The notes below the pieces were generated by a model. It did not search any database. It saw nothing but the letters and a program-made list of their open reading frames with translations, and was not told where the DNA came from. Below are positions 29,088-32,000 of a stretch of DNA of 32,000 nt, piece by piece (positions within the stretch are counted from its first letter, which is position 1; the number at the start of each line of letters is the position of its first letter). The translations under genes were made by a program, and so were the position numbers. The DNA comes from Raphidiopsis brookii D9 (lineage in GTDB: Bacteria; Cyanobacteriota; Cyanobacteriia; Cyanobacteriales; Nostocaceae): contig ACYB01000037.1 of assembly GCA_000175855.1 (NCBI GenBank), forward strand, positions 60,001-92,000. Direction: 5' to 3'.

Positions 29088-31226
29088 ATGAACGTGAATG
29101 AAAATCCCACTACGGATATTTTTACTTTAAATCGGCAAGTATATAGACGTTTAAGACTAGCATTAAGCGTATCCCTACGACGTCAAATATTTTTTGCAGT
29201 ATGTGATAATATAAATATTAGAAATCAGGTAGCCAGCAAACTACATTCTGATTTGGCTTATCCGGTAGAACGGGTGCTGTACCCTATTGGAGCAAAACAG
29301 GGAATTAGCACGCCAGCATATCCTCGATTAGTAACCGTGAGATTAAACCTAAATGATCCCAATCCCATAGCTCAAATTAACCAGTGGTTAGGCAATTACC
29401 CACCACCAAGAGTTGGGAAATCACAAGACTCACCAGGTAAGGTTTTACCAATCCCAGCATTTCAAATTGTGGGGGTAGAGCAGTTGACCAAACAGTCAAT
29501 AGCAGTACAACGGTTATTCTTACATAATTTAAAACTGGGCGAAGAATACTTTAGCAGGAAGCAAAGCACTTCAATTGTAGATTCCAACTTATTATTTTGG
29601 GTTACCCGTCCTTGGTTGTATGCGATTCAACAATCAGCTGGGCAATTTTGGCAATATAGAACAGGTGTATTTATTTTTGAGGGAGAGCCAACAGGAGGTA
29701 TAGAAAATCCTAATTATCCACAGAATTCTTCTGAATTGAGAAGTGTCAGATTAGAAGAATTAGACCCATCTGTAGTTGAGGAATCAACCCTCGTCAACTA
29801 TCAACCTGGTGAAGATAATGGAAAATCTTTGGACAATGAAACTAAGGAAAGTACAGAGGAAGAGAATCAAATAGTTCCCTTTATTACTAATGTTCCTAAA
29901 CTCTCATCTTTTTCACATATTAATCAGGAATTAATTTCCCTAATTCCTAAAACACTCAACCCAAATATTGATGAGGATAGAGATACTAACTGGCAAGTTA
30001 AACAACTACTATGGGAAATTGAGAAGTTAACAATTAACCCCACGCAAGACTCCCAAGAAGAAATTGCTCAGGCCTACCACAACCTAGGAACTTTATATCG
30101 CCTGCGCATTGAACAGGGAGATGCAAATCTAGACAATTTAATGGTAGCAATTATTGCCTATCAGGAATCCCTCAGTTATGATGACACTTCACCTTTAGTC
30201 CCAGACACTTTAAATGATTTAGGTACTCTATATTGGATGCTACATCGCACATCCGTAAGCAGCCAGGAGGCACAAACATATATAGAACAGTCCCTAGAGT
30301 TTTACCAATTAGTTTTAAAGATGATTGAATGTGATAGTCAGCCAGAGATCTATGCTAGAGTGCAAAGTAACTTAGCCACAGCTTATGGTGATCTGGCAAA
30401 ATTTTGTCAGCCCTTAGAAAATTGGCAAGCAGCAATAAAAGCATATAGGGAAACATTGAATTATCGCAAAGAAGAAATGGATTCTCCTAAATATGCTTCC
30501 TGTCAAAATAATTTAGGTACTGCTTATTGGCATCTAGCGCAACATAGTGAACCAGAAAAAATACTTAAACAAGCGATTTCCGCTTATAGTTTAGCCCTAA
30601 GTCATTATCAAGCGGAAAAGGATCCTGTTAAGTATGGAATGATTCAAAATAATATTGGCACTGCTTATTGGAACTTATCCCACTATGAAACACCAGAAAA
30701 GAATTTGCAATTGGCAATAGATTTTTACCAAGAAGCCTTAAAATATAGAACTCCAGAGAATATTCCCATGGGTTGTGCAGTCACCCGTAACAATTTAGGA
30801 ACTGCCTATTGGCAATTGAGCAATCTACCAAATATGAAGGGAGAAAATCGCCAAAATTTACTCAAATTATCTATTGAGACTTATGAAAATACCTTAACTA
30901 TAGCCAACTCTTTTGATCGGAAGGATTTGAGTTTTGATATCTTGGGCACACAAAATAATCTAGCAATAGCTCACTACCAACTCATAACCGATTCACATTT
31001 TAAAGGTGATAAAGAAATTGTTTCCTATCATTTACAAACATGCCTAGATTATTTTTTAAAAACTCTAAATGGGTTAGACGAAAATACACAACCTTATCAG
31101 GAAACATTTAACCAAATTGTCAAAATAATTCGCACTTTCCATCATGAGCTAGGTATTCAGGGGCAAAATCTAGCTCTGTCTAAAATTCCTGGCAGTCTGA
31201 TTCCCAAACTTTTACCTCAGTTATAA
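29088..31226 (+). CDS. Tetratricopeptide-repeat protein with a ~250-aa conserved-looking N-terminal domain
   Basis: 712 aa ORF. Many TPR-type units, e.g. YGMIQNNIGTAYWNLSHYETPEKNLQLAIDFYQEALKY and ASCQNNLGTAYWHLAQHSEPEKILKQAISAYSLALSHY. The N-terminal region LRLALSVSLRRQIFFAVCDNINIRNQVASKL...WVTRPWLYAIQQSAGQFWQYRTGVFIFEGEPTG is not TPR. Confidence 0.88.
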   Translation: MNVNENPTTDIFTLNRQVYRRLRLALSVSLRRQIFFAVCDNINIRNQVASKLHSDLAYPVERVLYPIGAKQGISTPAYPRLVTVRLNLNDPNPIAQINQWLGNYPPPRVGKSQDSPGKVLPIPAFQIVGVEQLTKQSIAVQRLFLHNLKLGEEYFSRKQSTSIVDSNLLFWVTRPWLYAIQQSAGQFWQYRTGVFIFEGEPTGGIENPNYPQNSSELRSVRLEELDPSVVEESTLVNYQPGEDNGKSLDNETKESTEEENQIVPFITNVPKLSSFSHINQELISLIPKTLNPNIDEDRDTNWQVKQLLWEIEKLTINPTQDSQEEIAQAYHNLGTLYRLRIEQGDANLDNLMVAIIAYQESLSYDDTSPLVPDTLNDLGTLYWMLHRTSVSSQEAQTYIEQSLEFYQLVLKMIECDSQPEIYARVQSNLATAYGDLAKFCQPLENWQAAIKAYRETLNYRKEEMDSPKYASCQNNLGTAYWHLAQHSEPEKILKQAISAYSLALSHYQAEKDPVKYGMIQNNIGTAYWNLSHYETPEKNLQLAIDFYQEALKYRTPENIPMGCAVTRNNLGTAYWQLSNLPNMKGENRQNLLKLSIETYENTLTIANSFDRKDLSFDILGTQNNLAIAHYQLITDSHFKGDKEIVSYHLQTCLDYFLKTLNGLDENTQPYQETFNQIVKIIRTFHHELGIQGQNLALSKIPGSLIPKLLPQL

Positions 31227-31376
31227 ACTCTTCCCACCCAATTATGTGAAAAAAGAGCAACATATCGTTACAATAGTTAACAAACCCTATTTTATAGATT
31301 GTTGACATGGTACCAAGGGCATTTCTAAAAGGGAATTGTCCACAATTAAACACCCGAAAACACTAATAAAAGCTTA

Positions 31377-32000
31377 ATGATTAGTACAACCCGATCAGAA
31401 ACACACCATCAACCAAAAGTCCTGGCTGAAGCCGAACCAGAACAACTATATTACGACCCTCAACAGATTGCAGCATATTACCAAGATAAACTAGGACAAG
31501 TTTTACAGCGAATATTAGCAGTAATGGTACCTGTACTATCCTTAGTTTTTGCCTTATGGTGGGGTAAAAGGCGAGGAATAGTTGTGGAAAACCACCGCCC
31601 CATAGCCATTCAACTGCGAGAATTGCTGACAAAACTTGGGCCTGCGTATATTAAAATAGGACAAGCTCTATCCACCAGACCGGATTTAGTTCCTCCCATA
31701 TATTTAGAAGAGCTGACTAAATTACAAGATCAACTACCAGCATTCCCCAATGAGATAGCATACCAATTTATCAAAGAAGAGTTAGGTGGTTCACCGGAAG
31801 ATATATACAGTGAAATATCACCCCATCCAATCGCAGCAGCTTCCCTAGGACAGGTTTATAAAGGTAGACTGAAAACTGGGGAAGAAGTAGCAATCAAAGT
31901 TCAGCGTCCAGATTTGCGGGAGAGAATCACCATTGATCTATATATTCTGAGAATTTTAGCTGGTTGGGTGCAAAAAAATGTGAAACGGGTCAGAAGTGAC
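31377..32000 (+). CDS. AarF/ABC1/UbiB-family kinase-like protein, 5' part only (runs off the right edge)
   Basis: Hand translation from ATG at 31377: MISTTRSETHHQPKVLAEAEPEQLYYDPQQIAAYY...LRELLTKLGPAYIKIGQALSTRPDLVPPIYLEELTKLQDQLPAFP...HPIAAASLGQVYKGRLKTGEEVAIKVQRPDLRERITIDLYILR, with the characteristic KxGQ and AAASxGQV motifs. Confidence 0.95.
   Translation, partial: MISTTRSETHHQPKVLAEAEPEQLYYDPQQIAAYYQDKLGQVLQRILAVMVPVLSLVFALWWGKRRGIVVENHRPIAIQLRELLTKLGPAYIKIGQALSTRPDLVPPIYLEELTKLQDQLPAFPNEIAYQFIKEELGGSPEDIYSEISPHPIAAASLGQVYKGRLKTGEEVAIKVQRPDLRERITIDLYILRILAGWVQKNVKRVRSD

Noticed and set aside
1-32000. CRISPR array, tRNA/rRNA genes, prophage or defence cluster
   Set aside because: No regularly spaced direct repeats, no cloverleaf candidate noticed by eye, and no recognisable Cas, toxin-antitoxin or phage genes. 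A tRNAscan/CRISPR finder run would be needed for certainty.

Overview
This window looks like a 32 kb stretch of a filamentous (Nostocales-like) cyanobacterial chromosome, mostly conserved housekeeping genes. From left to right it holds: the 5' part of an HlyD-type membrane fusion protein and a cNMP-binding/C39-peptidase ABC exporter (minus), a small HTH/IS630-N-terminus-like protein (minus), psbI (plus, only 38 aa and absent from the ORF track), a DUF3769/OstA-like outer-membrane protein (plus), a 3' relic of a cytosine-C5 DNA methyltransferase (minus), a membrane GTPase with a DUF697-like C-terminus (minus), type-2 isopentenyl-diphosphate isomerase (plus), SppA (plus), a NAD block of nadE, NrtR-like Nudix regulator and nadD (minus), ftsH (plus), an RsmB/NOP-type RNA methyltransferase (minus), a KdpD-N/USP protein (minus), a baeRF3-like protein (minus), smc (plus), a ParA-family ATPase (minus), uvrB (minus), a 19-aa-repeat protein (plus), an ssl1498-type light-harvesting-like protein (plus), a TPR protein (plus), and the 5' part of an AarF/ABC1/UbiB kinase (plus). 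I find no convincing new multi-gene system, CRISPR array, complete mobile element or tRNA/rRNA. The most useful observations are: (1) three independent -1 frameshifts at homopolymers in nadE, kdpD-N and parA; (2) the methyltransferase relic; (3) a short protein built from exact-period 19-aa G-x-RPI repeats; (4) a KdpD-N gene without kdpABC in the window; (5) a TPR protein with an uncharacterised N-terminal module; (6) a few intergenic hairpins.
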